Assembly: GCA_002269645.1 (NCBI GenBank)
Contig: NIVC01000023.1
Span: 1,449,713 to 1,513,712, forward strand
From: Macrostomum lignano
Lineage: Eukaryota
Direction: 5' to 3'
DNA length: 64,000 nucleotides
This document shows, in pieces, positions 13,602 through 27,511 of the stretch. Positions within the stretch are counted from its first letter, which is position 1. Each line of letters opens with the position of its first letter. The position numbers and the translations under genes are program-made. The notes beneath the pieces were generated by a model. That model ran no database searches and was not told where the DNA came from. It was given only the letters and a program-made list of their open reading frames with translations.

Positions 13602-14839
13602 AGAGCGACTAAACTAACACCCCAAAAACCTAATGTCACACCATGAGCGTATGTACATAATGTTAATTATTATTAATAACGCATACCAACTAACACGCAC
13701 ACACACACGCATACATATATGATTCATTACAAACCGGGCACATAACTTCTCTCCTTTCCTCTCCCTCTCTCCCTATACATTTCTTCCCCGTCGACACATG
13801 GACGAGCAAGAGACAAAGAAAAATGGAGAGAGAGAGAGGTGTATGCAGGGAGAAAAAAGTTAAGCTCTATTCTGAAAGGTTTAAGCTACCGCACGGTGTG
13901 AATGAGTGTGTTGTGGTAGAAACTAGGCCTTTTTAGATTGGCGAATGAATGAATCTGAAGCTTAGCTTTAACAAAAGTGGGAAACACACACGGATAGAAA
14001 AAGTAGAATTCAGTGGCACTGAGGCTAGAAGCTTTAGACACGCACACACAGAAGCAGACAAGGCGTTATGCCAGTACTACAGCAGCAGCAGCAGCAGCAG
14101 CCGTAACCCTCGTCCCCTAGAAGAAGAAAGAAACCACACAGAGAATGGGGAACACTGGCAAGGCTCTGACCCCTCTCTCACCCCCCACAAAACCGCCCAC
14201 CCCTCATTCCCCTCCCTTAAGGCAGTAGGCTTATAAAAGCCAGATAGAAATAATGTGTGGACACGACGCCCACAGCTGTGTGGCAACTGCTTACTGCCGT
14301 CCTTCGCTGCATCCAACTAACGCACCAAAAAACCGACCACCCCGATAGACAGCCACACACACACACACACACAAAGCTAACACCAAAGTCTTCACTTCAC
14401 CTCTCTCCCCCTCTCCCTCCCTCTTTCTATCTGACACTTTTGCTGTCAACTGTCCGCCACCCAACTCCCTTGCAGCCTGCCTAAACTTCACGACGACAGA
14501 CGCAGGCTGGGCTCTCCCCAATCTCCCCCCACCCTATAGCGACAGAAGCAAACAGGAGGCCCTGAGGCCTCCCAGTTTACAGTGTATAATCAATACTCTT
14601 TCTGTGCTTTAGAGTCTGCATTGAGTAGTGCAAGCTTTCAATCGATATGAATGACTTAATTTATTATTAATATTCATAATTGCCCATAAATTTTATTGAA
14701 ACCTAGCTTATTCATCTGATTCTGAACAAGATATCATTAACTCTTCATTAAGCCTTCCGTTACTGCCCTCTACTTCTTGCCACTACCTCCATTTACTCAC
14801 TCTACTTCTACCTCTCTTCTGACTCTACTTCTCACTCTA

Positions 14840-15595
14840 CCTCTCATCTACTCACTCTACTCGACACTACCTCCTATCTACTCACTCTACTCGACACTAC
14901 CTCTCATCTACTCACTCTACTCGGCACTACCTCCTATCTACTCACTCTACTCGACACTACCTCTCATCTACTCACTCTACTCGGCATTACCTCCCATCTA
15001 CTCACTCTACTCGGCACTACCTCCCATCTACTTACTCTACTCGGCACTACCTCCCATCTACTTACTCTACTTCTCCCCACTAGCTCCTATATACTCACTG
15101 TACTCGGCACTAGCTCCCATCTACTCACTCTACTCGGCACTACCTCCCATCTACTCACTCTACTCGGCACTACCTCCCATCTACTCACTCTACTCGACAC
15201 TACCTCTCATCTACTCACTCTACTCGGCATTACCTCCCATCTACTCACTCTACTCGGCACTACCTCCCATCTACTTACTCTACTCGGCACTACCTCCCAT
15301 CTACTTACTCTACTTCTCCCCACTAGCTCCTATATACTCACTGTACTCGGCACTAGCTCCCATCTACTCACTCTACTCGGCACTACCTCCCATCTACTCA
15401 CTCTACTCGGCACTACCTCCCATCTACTCACTCTACTCGGCACTACCTCCCATCTACTCACTCTACTCGGCACTACCTCACATCTACTCACTCTACTCGG
15501 CACTACCTCCCATCTACTCACTCTACTCGGCACTACCTCCCATCTACTCACTCTACTCGGCATTACCTCCCATCTACTTACTCTACTTCTCCCAA
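14840..15595. repeat. 30-bp minisatellite (CATCTACTCACTCTACTCGGCACTACCTCC)
   Basis: About 24 units. It explains ORF 14777..15613. Confidence 0.95.
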
Positions 15596-16014
15596 CAACC
15601 TCCATCTTTTTAATACATAATAGTATAGGTGTATAGCTTTGTTAATCTTCTCATATACTAAAAATTATGGTTTTAAAACTTTTACAATGCCTAAATAATA
15701 ATTAGGAACGCAATTGTTATTCGTACAAACTGTATAGGAAATTATATAGCAAACAGTGGTTGCTCAGACTAGCGGGAGCCGCAACTGTGGGAAAAGGTGA
15801 AAACATGGCGGAGAAAGAGATGAAAAAGTCTGAGACAGGGCTACGCCCGGACCCAACAAGATGCAGTTTTATATTGAATTATAAAACTGCACCATGGAGA
15901 AAGTATGACTAACTGTTCCGATTGTTCAGTATTGTATTAAAAGAGAAAAAACATTGCTTCGGGATTAGCTGGAACTGACAAAGTAGGAACAGAAGCAGAC
16001 AAGTAAATATTGAT

Positions 16015-16530
16015 AAAGATGAGTAGAACTGGAGACATGAATAAAGCTGGAGAGACGTGAGTAGAGATGGAGAGATATGAGTGAAGCTGGAGAGACGTTA
16101 GTAGAACTGGACATGAGTAGACATTGAGAGACATGAGTAGAGCTGGAGAGCCATGAGTAGAGCTGGAGAGAAATAAGTAGAGATGAAGGGACATGAAAAG
16201 AAATGGAGAGACATGAGTAGAGATTGATAAACATGAGTACAGATGGAAAGATATGAGTACAGATGGAGAGACATGAGTAGAGATTGATAAACATGAGTAC
16301 AGATGGAAATATATGAGTACAGATGGAGAGACATGAGTAGAGATTGATAAACATGAGTACAGATGGAAAGATATGAGTACAGATGGAGAGACATGAGTAG
16401 AGATTGATAAACATGAGTACAGATGGGAAGATATGAGTAGAATTGGAGACTGGAGAGACATGAGTAGAGATTGATAAACATGAGTACAGATGGAAAGACA
16501 TGAGTAGAAGTGGAGAGACATGAGAGTAGT
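16015..16530. repeat. 20-bp-based minisatellite with a 60-bp higher-order unit (GAGAGACATGAGTAGAGATTGATAAACATGAGTACAGATG...)
   Basis: Lines 16201-16440 repeat in 60-bp register, with CATGAGTA subunits. Confidence 0.88.
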
Positions 16531-19500
16531 CTCTCCACTAGAGTAGAGAGTACATAGCGCAGGCATTACACCAGCCCAGCTAACTGAAACAAATCATTCA
16601 GATAAACAAATCTAATTGTTAATTTTTAATTAGCCAAAAAGCCGCGAAAACCCACAGCCCGGCACGAACAGAGGGCTCGCAGTTTTATTTTTATTACTAT
16701 TAAAAAAATGAGCAAATATCACCACTTGGCACGTAATACGGGGTTGGACAGGCAGTAAGAGAAGAGCAGTATGCATATTCAATAACAAAACCACTCACAG
16801 TTCGGATAGCTGACAGTCTCGCGGAAACATCTCGGCTGTCATTTCGCTAATATTGTTTCTGCCAAGGTGTAAACTTCTCAGGTTAGGCAAAGCTATTAGG
16901 CTGGCCTCCGTCCAAGACTGGATTGCATTGTGATTTCTGCAAACAAAACAAGAGAGAGGGAGAGAGAAAGATTACACACAGATAGAAGATATAACCGATG
17001 AAGATGCTTGTTTCTGAACCTATTCACTGGCACGCGCACAGAAGACCAAGGCTTTGCCGAGCGAGCACACAGAAACCAGCGGCTTGGTAGGTAAGACAGG
17101 CAGAAAAAGAGAGAAAAGACCTACTAGTCAGTTTGAGTTGAATACGTGACTGAAAGGCGATCTCTCTTTGCTCACTGGGTCTGCCCGCATTATGCTGTTC
17201 ACTCACAGAGAGAGAAAAACACCCAGCTTCACGCATCATCAGAGATAGCAGCGAGAGAAAGAGAATTAGCATTAAAGAAGACAGCCCCAGACTGAAGAAA
17301 ACTATATTTCTGATTCTTATCTAAAACACGTTAGATAACGATCAAGAGCTACTTAGCAGCTCTAAAATTATTCTATAGAATGAAACTCTCTGCAGGTTGG
17401 TAAGGAATAAAATAGGGATAAAATAAATCCGCACAAGTCGGTGACGGGGATACTAAGAGACAATGCCAGGCAGAGATGGACGCGAGACTATGACGCTGGT
17501 GCGACGTAAATATTTAATAAATGCAGTTGGAGTGTTAAAAATATATATATAAAAGATACTGGATATATCACTTACAGCACAAGTTTAATTAGCGACTGAT
17601 GCCGATCGCGAAACACTGGCAGAGTTGTCAAACCGGATCTGACAATTTTTCTGCGGAAGATTTTTATATTATTTGACTTTGAAATTACGCTTCAACCCTA
17701 GACTAATTATGTGCCGACGCTTTTCATTAGTAAAAATACAGTCATAGTTACTCCAGCCGTTTACCCGTGATGTAATTTTTTTTAAATTATCGATTATAAC
17801 TTCATATGGTTCAGGTAAATACAGTCAACGTTTTAGTGAGTTGAAGGAGGGGAAGCTCGGGGAGCCACTATGGCCGCTATTGTGTGAAGGGCAAGGTAGG
17901 TCGGAGAGGAGGGAAGGGGAGAATCAAAAAAGAAAATGAGTCACTCGCTATACCGCAGCGCTGCACTGCACAGCACTCCACTAAGGACGGGAGCGGTTGA
18001 GCTTATAGGTTAGGCAGGGTTAGGACCAAGCAGTCAAGACTTCCCTTCTTCATCTAGCTTTATTAAACATAGCAAAAAATTGAAGTAAATTTCTCACTTT
18101 CCCTTGACACCGCTTTATAAGGGCCTATAGCAACTAATACAAGCTGAGTAGTTAGAGTCGACCCAACTTGACACTTACAGAGTAGTTAGCCGGGGAAAAT
18201 GGGCCAGAAAGTTTTCATCCAACGTGTGCGCGGCCACCGCATTGTTGCTGATGTTGCTGCAACGAGGAAATAAAGGAAGGAATGAGTTTTAGGTTTTTAC
18301 AGAGAGACTGAAAGGAAAAAAGTTTGTCATTGCTTTTTCCTGTGCAAACTGTTGGGAATAGCAGGGTGAATTTAACTCGGCTTGCAGGAAGTTAAGAAGC
18401 AACACTTCCTGGCTAAATGTTCCAGCAAAAACTGCTAATCCTGGGTCTTTTTTAAACAAAAAAATATGTTTACACAAAAAACAGAAGAAGCTAAACTTAC
18501 AGTTCGCTTAAACGTTCCAGCACATGTAGATTTCTTGAGGACAGGTCAACATTCTGGCTAATGGTACTGCAATTGGGTGGGAAGGTGTTTAGATTTGTTA
18601 GATAAGTTAGATTTAGAAATATTGCACACATCATCAAGTCAAGATGAACATTGAGCAATGCATTAGAGCAAAGATTATGGTTAATTTTAACTTCTTTATA
18701 CTTCACAAAATGGAGTATGATATGCTACCCAAGTATAGGTAGGATGGAATCTTGGTAATGATCAAATATGATATCTCAATGTGCTGATATGTTACCTAGG
18801 CATCCTAATCCCCAATAATCCCAAAATTCTAGCAAAAGTAGAATCCCAAACTTGCTCAACCATAGAACTTGATCTGATCAAACATTTATATTCAAGATCT
18901 AGGGGATGCTAGCTATTAGGAGATGATTGCTATCTAAGGAATGCATTTGGCTAAGGGGAATGCCTATTATTTTTGTGAAGGCTTTATTTTCTTGTATACT
19001 TCTGTTACTTTTAGACAAAAAGATTCATAGCAAGCATCTTTGTCAATGACAATTTCACTTGAATAAGATGATTCATAAAACTGAAGAAAGAGTTGGTTCT
19101 TAAGAAAATGTACTTTTTTTTAATTTAATGGATATGCATAAATAATTTTTGCTCTTTGCTTATTGAGTGCCCCAAATGGGGGCACTAGATTGCTAGTCTT
19201 ATATCTATATGCCTAACTTTATAATTTAAACAATATACATATATCTAAGTATATTATAATAGCTATTATCTTTAAAATAATAAGTTAGTATCATTTCAAA
19301 TCCCTAATAGAATATTTTTTCAGAAACCTATTAAAGATATACAGCAAATACCATCTTAAACTTTGAAGCATATTATGTCATATTGCCATTATAATTGTAG
19401 AAGGGCCTATGTTTATTCCAAGAAAATTAGTATGTTTCCACGAAATTAAATTACCGCCAAATAACAAGTACCGTATATTTTTGTTTTACTACACAATTTG

Positions 19501-20790
19501 TTTTAAGTGTATGAATTTTTGTTTTAGCGAAGCAAATAAATTTGTTTTAATTCAATGTTGTAGCGCAAACCAATAGGGAAAGACTTTGATTAGTATAAAT
19601 ACAAGGCCAAAAACAGAACATTTCTTTAACTCGACCTCGACCTTTCGGGTTCCTAACTCAGTTAACAGGAAATTAAGATTTCTTGGTTCTTCTGAATTAG
19701 TCATTTGAAGCAGTATTGCAGACTAAGTTGCCGTGTTGGATAGCAAGAGCGTTTTGCTAGTACAGTGATAGGCAGGGATTGCCAGTAAAGAGGGTGGAAT
19801 ACCCCAGTGTAAAGGGTGGAATACCCAGTAAGAAGGGTGGAATACCCAGTAAGAAGGGTGGAAATACCCAGTGAAGAAGGTAAATTGTCCAGGCTGTTGC
19901 AGCTAAGTGTGATGCAGTTCTAAGTCGTGAGAGACAGTACTAAAAAGCCGGGAACCCCTTGGTCTGTGGTAACGCCGTGTTGGACTGATTAGTTGAGGAA
20001 TTAGTAATAACAGTAGTAGTCAGCAGTGTCTTGCCGCTTGGGCACTGAAGCTACCCAGGGTAATTCGTATCGACGATAGCCCATAGCGTATAAAGTACAA
20101 AAGTAGGATTCTTAGAAATAATAGATTCAGTACAATTTAGTGAGATCGCAAGAGAGAGAAATACATTTCTATAGCAACTTGGTAACAGCAGTGGGATTTT
20201 AAGGGCAGAAGGATCCCCTAGTACAACTTGGTGACAAATCAGTGAGATATTATTAGAAAGGATAGGAGAAAGCCTGGCACATAATTTATATATTTATTTT
20301 TTTACACTAATATAATACATTGCATTATCATTAGATTATGATATTCCCATACAATATTTCAATTAATCTATGGACTATGCTTCAATTTATCATATTAGAT
20401 ATATATTATTTTCTACATTATGCTATAGAGCTAAGATTCAATTTTGTACTAAACAGTTCCATAAAAATACAAATTAATCTAATATAAAGCTTCAAAGTAG
20501 ACATATGTAGTTTTTATTGCCTTAGACCCTATTAGAACATGCTAATTAATCATTTTAATTTAAACAAAATTAAGAAATCTAATATAATTTTTTAGCATAT
20601 CAAATGTTCTATACTATTATACATTGCTAATAATTATGAAAGGCTTATCTTTACAATATATTTTCATTTCTTTATTTCATTTCTTTACAACATTTTGTTA
20701 AGACTACTTTTTATTTGAAGCTATAAAAATAACTTGATTTAAATCACAAAAGTCAAAAAGAACTTAGAAATGTTATAAGCCCCTAATTAC

Positions 20791-21692
20791 TAGTGTTCCA
20801 CTGTAATTATGGCTACGGCTATGGCAAATTACGGCTACAACACTTTTGAAGCCGTATTTTCATTACGGATTACGGTTACGGACATATTTTGAGCTTACGG
20901 TTACGGTTGCGGATTATGGAGATTTTTCTAGACTTGCCGTAATTGGTAGCCGTAACAAAAATTATTTGTTTTTAACCGTTTAGTGTTATAAAAGAAAATT
21001 TTTTTATATCAACTTCAACTAGTTTTCATTTTGTTTTACTAGTTATTATTTTTTTACATTTGTTAAGTTTCTAAATATCTACGAAACTTTTTGAAAACAA
21101 AAAATGATTTTTTTCACAAATTTTGTAAATGTAACGAAAACGTTACGAAAATGTAACATACAATTTCTTAGTCATCGGAAATTTTGAAGCAGTTTTATTT
21201 GAACAAATTCATATATTTATATATTGTATTAAACATAATATAATATATAATTAAACATGATATTAAACATACACATTGACCTTGGCACGTCAGTCATAGA
21301 TTCATATTGTAGCGAAACAAAACAGAATCACGACACAGAAAACTGAAAAAGGCACCAAGCACACAATTGCATACAACAATGCTATAGAATACTTAGATAA
21401 AGATAATAAGATATTATATTTACAAAAAAATAAATGAATATTAATGCATGAACGAACAACAAGTAGGTTTTATTGCTATCCTTTTATCCTTTTTATCTGT
21501 CCTTTTCTGTCTGCCCCACTTTTCATGCAAAAATATAAATTTTTGTTATACATTACGGCTACGGTTACAGCAAATTAGGGTTACGGACTTTTTTAGCCCA
21601 TAATGACGGCAAAATTCGGCTATGGAAGTTGCTTCTTTCTTACGGCTACGGTTACGGTTACGGAGGTCAAAACTCGCGGCGGCGGAACACTA
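20791..21692. mobile_element. hAT-type non-autonomous DNA transposon (902 bp)
   Basis: Terminal inverted repeats TAGTGTTCC (20791) and GGAACACTA (ending 21692). Flanking 8-bp duplication CTAATTAC (20783-20790) / CTAATTAT (21693-21700). Both subterminal regions have clusters of TTACGG/CTACGG motifs. No transposase. Confidence 0.8.
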
Positions 21693-22754
21693 CTAATTAT
21701 ATATAAATAGAGCTTAAATATAACTTGATGCTTAAGCCAAGGATTAGAATCATAAGATAGGGCAATCTAATAAATAATTTGAATCAATAAGGCCTAAGGG
21801 CTAAGCTTATATATAGCTAAATAAAATCAAATAAAAATGAAAACTTACAGGTATTGAATATTTGGTGATATTCGAGACGATGAAAGAAGTTCTGCTAATG
21901 TTCTTTGGTCTGTTTTTTGGTCAGATGTTGTTCCAGTACAGGTCGCATGAAGGCCCAGAATATAGCAGGTGTTTTTATCACTAAGAGACCTAAAGTTCCT
22001 AGGCCTATGGCTATACCTGTACCAGCTCAACTTTCCAGACCCACGCTGTCGAAAAGAGCTGCCACTTGTCTGCTTTTTAAGTGCAGCTGATACATTAAGC
22101 ACCGTACTGGCTGTAGCAATGCAAAGCAAAACTGAAACGGCTTGAGAGCCGCTTAAGCACAGCATTGTAAATTGAAATTGCAAACTTTTTACAAAAATTG
22201 AATCAGTGATCCTGCTGAAAGCTTATTGCTGATAATCAATCCAATTCTAAGCTGACTATACATTCTGGCTCGACTAGCTATAGCTAGCAAGTCGGCTCAG
22301 CAGCAGTTGCGCACGGGCGCAGTCGCCGCAATGCTATTTCGAGCACAGATTTCGCTAGCGGCTAGGCCTAGGATATCAAAAAATCGCTCTGGTTTTTACA
22401 AGAATAGTCCCTAAATAGAACACTAGGTAGTAAACTATTGATGATGCTACGTTTTCGGCAAGTAGACTTTGATTAAAAAACGTACACAGTTTTATTCAGA
22501 TATAAGTTAAATTTAGTCATTAGCTGCAGACCGTGGCTGGGCATTGCAGATGATTTTAAAACGCAACGTTTTAAAAACTAACGACATTAACAAATAAGTT
22601 ACACTAATATACAGATAATTAGCAATATGGGAAATAATTGTGAACTCTAAAAATTTTCTTCATATTTTAAAATTGAAGTACAGCCTGAGCCTTCTATTCA
22701 CAAATATAGCGACGCGTATGTTTTCGACGGCAGTTTTTGTATTTGTACTGTGAT

Positions 22755-22980
22755 TGCTGATGTGTCAAGGCTTACTGGGGGAATCGCTGAGATTTCCAGG
22801 CTTAATGGAGGAATTGTTGATGTCAAGGCTTGCGGGGGGAATTGCTGAGATGCCAAAGACTTACTGGGGAAATTGCTTAGGTGTCAAGTCTTCTGCAGGG
22901 GGATTGCTGAGATGATGTCATTTTAAGAGGCTTATAAATACTGGGGGAATGGGTAAGACTTCAAGGCTTACGGGGGGGAA
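22755..22980. repeat. Degenerate ~37-bp tandem repeat (GTCAAGGCTTACTGGGGGAATTGCTGA)
   Basis: About 6 diverged copies. Confidence 0.7.
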
Positions 22981-24427
22981 TAAGTCGTTTTTTTAATAAC
23001 AATGCTACTGTAAAATACTATGCACATGTGCATACGCTGCATGGCGCGTTCATACATGTGATGTGTAAACTAAAGTAATTGTACCATTGACCGACCAATT
23101 ATATAGCAGTATATATACTGCATGCTAACTTGGTCCTTGTTCTGTACACGTAGCAGCAAGTTGAATTTTTTTACAGCGTTAACACAGGTATTTAAAGTTT
23201 TTCGCGTCGCTGCTAAAGCTTTCCCATCCAGGTAATGCATGATCGAAGCATTATACTCGTATTGTCTGAGAACTGCACACAAACTAAAACACCTTACACT
23301 GTACATGTAGATTGGCCATGAGCCAAAAATGCAATACATATACATATATTTAATCCCTAGAAGACATTGGCGTGTTGATTCTTAACAGATCTTATCTATC
23401 TTCTTGGGTTGCTGCTTACTAGCTAACTTACCAGATCTGGGCGACTTGCTACATCGTACAAGATCTTAATTTTTATATCTTTTTATAGCTTCGAATCGCA
23501 CATTTTATTTAATTTTTTGTCCCATTTTGCCATAAAATAAAAAATAATAAAGCTAGAACACTTTTGCCAAATGAATGACAAAACAAATGTACATGTACAT
23601 GTACCTCCCTTCTTAGAAGATCCTGCAAGAACCGAGCAGATTGAGAAGATCTGCTAAGTTTGAGAAACAGAATGTCCTCTAGGGACATGATGCACTTAAT
23701 TGCGAAGGGTTAAAGAGCAAGGTACACTGTAGTAAGATTTTTGACGCTACAATGTACATAATGTACCAGCGTACATGACTGATGTACATGTATTTGTACT
23801 GAAGCAAATTCGTTTTAAATGTATACATTATGCATGCATATTAATGTCATTTTTGGATTTAAATGTGCATGTACATAAGAGTTGTGAATATATAAAACCA
23901 TGGATAACAGGGAAAAATGAACTGTTCTTGCTAGTATAAATGTACGAACTACATCACATGTAGAACATAATTTGCACTACGTGTACATATAATGTATATA
24001 ACTTTATGGCAGTTTGAAGAGAACCCCGGTAGCAGCTTTTTGGCAGTTTGGAGAACCGGTGTAATACTTTTACATGTACACTGTATAGCTATAGCAGCTC
24101 CTAAGCAGCATTTTATTTTAAGCATGAAAAACTATACAGAAATTTTACCAAATATTCAACAAAAACAAAAAAACTCATGCCTATAGATGCTCACTACACA
24201 ACAAAAGGAAACACAAAGTTTAGAATCGATTTTAAATAATGAAACATTCAAATTTAGTTTCAGCTTAAATAATTCACTTTGTAAAGGTTTCCTTAATACA
24301 GTAGTGTACATGTACGAGAGTGCGTGTGCCAAGAAAATGAAAGATTTTATCATAGGACTTTAGAGACACCTAAAATAGACAACGCACTATAGCTAGGTAC
24401 GAATTCTACCAATTAATTGTCGAACAG

Positions 24428-26525
24428 TCAGGCGACTCCGCCACCGTCAATACCGCCGCCGCCTCCGCACAGTGTCTGCAACCGACTGAGCTCAATGCTG
24501 ACCGAGTGCTGCGCCGCTAAAGCCACTTGAATTGCTCGCCGTTTCGCTTCCACCTGAGTCTGAAACTGAGCCTGCGCTTCGCTCGACGCAGTTCGCTGCT
24601 CAACCAGCCGGCGAATTTCTTCCTGCTGACGCTCCAGCTTGTCGCGCGCCTCCGCCTCGGCGCGGCGCAGCTGACGCTCCTTGTCAACTTCAGCGGCTTG
24701 TTGGACTGTCAGGTCCTTCAGCTCGGAGTTCAGCTGTTCAAGCGACGATTCCAGACTGCGCATTCTGAAGGCGATCATGTCTAATTGGCTGTACCATTGC
24801 TTAGTGCCTAAGTCTGTTCGAGACTGCTGCTGCTGGTACTCTTTCTGTTGCTGATGCTGCGGCTGTGACTGTGACTGCTGCTGCAGTGGACACCCATTTA
24901 CCAAGTCCTGCGAATGTTTGTGCGAGTAGAGTGGTCTTGGGAGTTGGTACTCTCGGGTAGGAATCGAACATCCCACCAGGGATTTCTGTGCATTTGGCCA
25001 AAAATAAACTCGGCTGCCGCACGGAAACGAACTCGCAGGGTTTATCGGGAGGGTAGAATCGGATGCGTTGCCATTGGGCTGCTCTAATATCTCATAAAAA
25101 GCATGCATCAGGAGAGAGCAGAGGTCGATGTATCAGTAAAGGGCAGAGGTCGATGCATCAGGAGAGGGCAGAGGTTGATGTATCAGGAGAGAGCAGAGGT
25201 TGATGTATCAGTAAAGGGCAGAGGTTGATGCATCAGGAGAGAGCAGAGGTTGATGTATCAGTAAAGGGCAGAGTTTGATGCATCAGGAGAGAGCGGTGGT
25301 TGATGCATCAGGAGGTAGCAGCAGAGGTGTAGCAGCAAAAACAGTAAGCCACGTTTCAACTATTTACTCGTACCTCGAAACCTTTCTGTTTAACGAGCAG
25401 CCGTTGACCGGCTGATGACTTTAGCGAGTTGTTGGCTTCAGAAATGAGAGGTGCTGGAATCTCATGGTCGTCAAATCCAGAGTTTGCTACCGTCGCTACA
25501 GCCAGACTTGATTCGGCAAATTTTATCACCTCCAGTTTGAGCAGATAGTCGGGTTGTTGAGATTGCACGGCGACTCCACAGACAGAACAGACGGCTGATG
25601 AGGCGTCGGATGTGGTTGCGATTAACTCCGAGCAGCGACCGCAGACTATGTGACCGCACGGCTCTAGGCGGATTGGGTGACGCTGGCTGCTAAGCATGAG
25701 ACGACCGCAGGCTCTGGAAATTAAAGACAATATGAAAACAGTCAATTTTCGAGAAGGAAATATGGCTAGTGGGGGGTGTTCAGGAAGCACTAGATTTGCG
25801 ACACTATGCTTGGATAACGAATATTATGGTTTAATAATAAATTTCACCTGCCCTAATGGACAAATGTGCAACCGACAGCTCATCCGGTTAAGCCGGTTAA
25901 GCTTTCCAGTCGTGAGTTCGATAAGTCCGATGCTCGAACCACTAGGCTACGCACTCGACGTATCTGGTCGACTGCCTTCCCTCTGTTCTCATTTTTAAGG
26001 AGCTTCTTTGATTTTAGCTTCAACAAAGCGACATTGGTTGCCTTTGAAAACCCCACTGATGACATACTGATAGCACATACAATAACACACTGATGATCTG
26101 CTGTGGTTAAAGGTTCAGGCACGCACACGCAGAATGTACAACGGAATGACTATTACTTTCTTACGTACGCATTCTTTTGCCTTCGGGGTTGGCTTCATGG
26201 GTGAGAATAGCTCGATCGAGCCCCAGGCTTTACTCCATTATGCTTGTAAATGGAGTAAGTTGGATTGCAGAAACTAAAATTTAAAAATACTTATGATAGC
26301 TTACCTGCAGAAGTGGCTTGCCGGTCGTTGGCTAACGGAGTTCTTGCTCAATAGCTGCGGTGGTTGCGCTAATCCTGCGCCTGAACCGTTGGTAAATTTG
26401 CCTGCCGCCGGAGAGCTACCCCCTCCGGCTTTGACATTGCGTTGCTGCTGCTCATCTCTGCTCACTTGGCTCGTCCGATGACGTCTGTGACTACTGGAAT
26501 AACGCTGGTGCACTGTTGAGGACAT
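24428..26525 (-). CDS. RING-HC (C3HC4) finger protein with C-terminal coiled coil, ~403 aa; exons 26525-26305, 25713-25374, ~25078-24428
   Basis: Splicing TGC AG|A GCC TGC reconstitutes CRAC...PIRLEPCGHIVCGRC...CSVC, a complete RING. The last exon has a heptad-rich E/Q/R/K region (MRSLESSLEQLNSELKDL...ELSRLQ) and a TGA at 24428. Phases add up. The last acceptor is uncertain by a few codons. Confidence 0.8.
25105..25320. repeat. 25-bp tandem repeat, two alternating variants, in a RING-gene intron
   Basis: GATGCATCAGGAGAGAGCAGAGGTT / GATGTATCAGTAAAGGGCAGAGGTT. Confidence 0.9.
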
Positions 26526-26924
26526 GACACACAACGACGTAACTTTCTATATATCCTATATAGCATCTATATTGAAGAATGATATCGCTTAAAAAGTACG
26601 AATCAATAGATTAGAAACGTAGACAGATATACAAGCACTTCGTCGAGTCAAAAAAATCGTTTTCTATAAAGCAGCTGTGCCATAGAGTTTAGTGAGGTTA
26701 GTGTCTGTTTACTTGTGCAAGGTTACTTACTATACATATGCATTAGGCCTATGCATTTAGAAAGAAACACTTACTGGATTAAATAGACTAAAAGAACACA
26801 TATTTCAGACTAAACAGCAGAATGAGCTAAGAAGCAAGTATTTCAATGTAAACTCGGCAAACCCAGAAGCGTACTCAGGGGTTTTAATGGGATTGAGTTT
26901 CAGCCATCAGGAGCGTCAATATTT

Positions 26925-27312
26925 GTGCCTTGCTGGCCGTCCCTGTCTCTTGGTGGGCGCGCCCTGTCTCTTGGTATGCACCCCTGTCTCTTGGTGGGCG
27001 CCCCTGTCTCTTTGTGGGCGCCCCTGTCTCTTCGTGGGCGACCCTGTCTCTTCGTGGGCGACCCTGTCTCTTTGTGGGCGCCCCTGTCTCTTTGTGGGCG
27101 ACCCTGTCTCTTGGTGGGCGCCCCTGTCTCTTGGTGGGCGCCCCTGTCTCTTGGTATGCGCCCCTGTCTCTTGGTGGGCGCCCCTGTCTCTTGGTGGGCG
27201 CCCCTGTCTCTTGGTGGGCGCCCCTGTCTCTTTGTTGGCGACCCTGTCTCTTGGTGGGCGCCCCTGTCTCTTGGTATGCGCCCCTGTCTCTTGGTGGGCG
27301 CCCCTGTCTCTG
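26925..27312. repeat. 20-bp minisatellite (CGCCCCTGTCTCTTGGTGGG), intergenic
   Basis: About 19 units. It explains the six overlapping ORFs at 26884-27382. Confidence 0.95.
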
Positions 27313-27511
27313 AGTCCCGAACACAGCTGATAGCACACTGATGAGGTGATGGTTCAGCTGATAGCAACGCTATGAATTGCACAATTCAATTAAATGACGA
27401 CAAACGATAACTTTTAAATGAACAGTTGAACTTCGTTAATAACAAATTATAAAACCTTTCTGATTTTATTACTGCAAGTAGCACATTTAGAAAATCAAAA
27501 AATCGTCCAAA

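Noticed and set aside
14777-16566. 278-aa, 209-aa and other repetitive ORFs
   Set aside because: They are translations of 30-bp and 20/60-bp minisatellites.
18289-18706. Two short minus-strand ORFs near a donor-like site
   Set aside because: They are AT-rich with no domain similarity or consistent exon chain.
21845-22183. 112-aa minus-strand ORF ending at a GTAAGT donor-like site
   Set aside because: It has no recognisable domain and no partner exons could be linked. The same CTTACAG also reads as a plus-strand acceptor, so it is left unresolved.
25880-26128. 82-aa ORF inside the first RING-gene intron
   Set aside because: Including it breaks the frame, whereas skipping it reconstitutes the CRAC RING motif.
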